DNA of 33,883 nucleotides from Candidatus Nealsonbacteria bacterium RBG_13_42_11 (GTDB lineage Bacteria; Patescibacteriota; Minisyncoccia; Minisyncoccales; RBG-13-42-11): NCBI GenBank assembly GCA_001821455.1, contig MHLY01000003.1, positions 10,994 to 44,876 of the forward strand, read 5' to 3'. Shown piece by piece: positions 32,409 to 33,883 of this stretch (position 1 is its first letter; each line of letters starts with the position of its first letter). The notes under the pieces were generated by a model. It saw only the letters and a program-made list of their open reading frames with translations, ran no database searches and was not told where the DNA came from. The position numbers and the translations under genes were made by a program.

Positions 32409-33140
32409 CTATTCTTTTAAATTAGAATAAATTTCCTGAACGGAATCGTTTTCGTCCAGGGCATCAAAAAGTTTTTCGCAGGCAGCTTTTTCTCCACCGC
32501 CCAAGGTTATTTCCTCCTTAGCCACCAAATCCAAGGAGGTGGAATCAATTTTAATTCCTTTTTCTTCCAAATTTTTCTTTACTTTTTCCAAATCCTCGGG
32601 CTTCATGTAAATATCCAAACTGTCATCGTGCCAGTAGGTATCATCAGCCCCGGCCTCAATCGCTTTTAATTCCAGGTCTTCTTTTTTTATTTCCGAGGCC
32701 TGTTCCCGGCTGTTTATAATTATTACGCCCAGCTTATTAAAAAGCCATTTTACCGATCCTTCGCTGGCTAATTTTCCGTTGTGTTGGTTTAGAATCTGTT
32801 TTATTTCTCCCAACGTCCTGTTTTTATTATCGGTAATCCCTTCAATTATAAGCGCGATTCCGCCGGGACCGTAAGCATCAAATGAAATTTCTTCAAAACT
32901 TTCTTCAGCCCCTTCGCCCGCAGCTCTTTTTATTGCCCGTTCCACATTTTCTTTCGGCATGTTTACCTTCTTAGCGGTTTCAATCGCCAATCTTAACTGG
33001 GAATTGGTATCAGGGTCAGTGCCGCCCTTTTTTACCGCAACTAAAATCACCCGGGCCATTTTTGAAAAAATCTGGCCTCTTTTTTTGTCGGTAAGCTCTT
33101 TCTGATGTTTAATTGTTTTGGCGTGGGAGTGTCCTGACAT
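32409..33140 (-). CDS. yebC: YebC/PmpR family DNA-binding transcriptional regulator
   Basis: 243 aa. MSGHSHAKTIKHQKELTDKKRGQIFSK is the family's signature N-terminus. It is upstream of ruvC, as in many bacteria. Confidence 0.9.
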   Translation of the reverse strand: MSGHSHAKTIKHQKELTDKKRGQIFSKMARVILVAVKKGGTDPDTNSQLRLAIETAKKVNMPKENVERAIKRAAGEGAEESFEEISFDAYGPGGIALIIEGITDNKNRTLGEIKQILNQHNGKLASEGSVKWLFNKLGVIIINSREQASEIKKEDLELKAIEAGADDTYWHDDSLDIYMKPEDLEKVKKNLEEKGIKIDSTSLDLVAKEEITLGGGEKAACEKLFDALDENDSVQEIYSNLKE

Positions 33141-33169
33141 TTTGTTTCCAAGAGTATCTTAACAGATTT

Positions 33170-33883
33170 TTATCTTAATTCAACCCCTTGAGAAGACCTG
33201 GCTTTCTTTTTCAAAAAAAGCATTAGGGAACCCGAAAAGAGAGCAATGATTAAAGCCAGAAACGCCGGCGGTAAAAAATCAGCATCTTTTTCAGTTGTTC
33301 CTTTAAGGCCCGAAACAACTGTTGCCAATTTCTTTTCTTCCGAGTCGGGCCCTTGTTTTTCTTTTTCAGTTTGAGCAACCGGAGCCAAAATTGCGTTTTC
33401 GGCGCCAGGAGTAAGATTGGCGCTCCAAATCCATTCTTTTTTTCCGGCGCTATTAATAAGAAGACCGTAAGATTCGCCCGTTTTTGCAGCTTCGTACACG
33501 ATATTATCAACCACCTTACTGTTTGGTTGAGTCATCTTTAATTCGTCGCCGTCGTTATTTAAAGTGATTTTTGTGGTCGGCCGAGAAACAACCAAGTATT
33601 CCTTTGATTTAATTTTAGTTCCCTCAGGAAAAGTATAGGTTTTTACAGCGCCCTGCGCGTCGGTAATTTGCCAGCCCGAAAGATTAACCTCAAAAGCATT
33701 ACTGTTGAAAATTTCAATCCATTCTCCTTCTGAGTCAGCTCCTTCGGGAGAAGGCAGTATTTCACTGAAAACAATCCCTTCAGGATAAGCCAAGGGAGGT
33801 TCGGTCTCCGCTGGCTCCAATTCGGTTTCGGCTCTTGCGACGGCCCCGCCATTTTGATTTTTGGGCGTTCCTCCCGAATCGCG
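33170..33883 (-). CDS. Lamin-tail-domain (LTD) surface protein with C-terminal TM anchor, 5' end probably outside the window
   Basis: The ORF track starts at TTG 33820, but the same frame stays open to base 33883. It has an LTD-like block (IVFSEILPSPEGADSEGEWIEIFNSNAFEVNLSGWQITDA...GDELKM) and the C-terminal helix FLPPAFLALIIALFSGSLMLFL followed by KKKAR. Confidence 0.6.
   Translation of the reverse strand, partial: RDSGGTPKNQNGGAVARAETELEPAETEPPLAYPEGIVFSEILPSPEGADSEGEWIEIFNSNAFEVNLSGWQITDAQGAVKTYTFPEGTKIKSKEYLVVSRPTTKITLNNDGDELKMTQPNSKVVDNIVYEAAKTGESYGLLINSAGKKEWIWSANLTPGAENAILAPVAQTEKEKQGPDSEEKKLATVVSGLKGTTEKDADFLPPAFLALIIALFSGSLMLFLKKKARSSQGVELR

Noticed and set aside
1-33883. Possible genomic island, ICE or prophage signals, CRISPR arrays, IS elements or an alternative genetic code
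   Set aside because: I saw no integrase, transposase, relaxase, spaced repeat array or long terminal repeats. TGA clearly terminates ORFs (for example 12076..12078 and 20322..20324) and long ORFs are intact under the standard code. The tRNA genes are not flanked by partial duplicates that would mark an integration site.

Overview
Gene-dense, AT-rich window using the standard genetic code (TGA is used as a stop). Most genes lack a Shine-Dalgarno sequence. It reads like the replication-origin neighbourhood of a small-genome bacterium, probably Candidate Phyla Radiation/Patescibacteria-like; that placement is inferred from gene content and protein style, not from a search. The core backbone is hppA (partial), nusA, cca, rpsO, pnp, a DksA/TraR-like protein, rsmA, jag-yidC-yidD-rnpA-rpmH facing dnaA-dnaN, a class A PBP, tyrS, ruvC and yebC. 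There are four tRNA genes (Ala-CGC, Pro-CGG, Arg-TCG, Lys-CTT), none with an encoded CCA. I saw no rRNA, CRISPR array, transposase or integrase. The main accessory content is a ~9 kb plus-strand cluster (14566-23649) that looks like a stripped-down type-IV-secretion-like pilus apparatus. It holds two large pilin-domain fusion proteins, a VirB6/TrbL-like polytopic membrane protein, a PrgI/VirB3-like protein and a VirB4-like ATPase split over two overlapping ORFs. No relaxase, coupling protein or integrase is present in the window, and the cluster sits between core genes next to the origin. A third, stand-alone pilin paralog lies between two tRNAs at 7529-8011. Other notable items: a single 860-aa ORF fusing PlsY to a FakA-like Dak2 module and a DegV domain, next to a stand-alone DegV gene; an NYN-domain gene inserted between rpsO and pnp; a repeated TTTTCCCCA motif flanking dnaA (candidate DnaA boxes/oriC); an identical 16-nt extended -10 promoter element before two cluster genes; and a consensus sigma-70 promoter driving a structured leader plus a 40-aa acidic micro-ORF downstream of ruvC. 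All family assignments come from motif recognition by eye; no database search was run.
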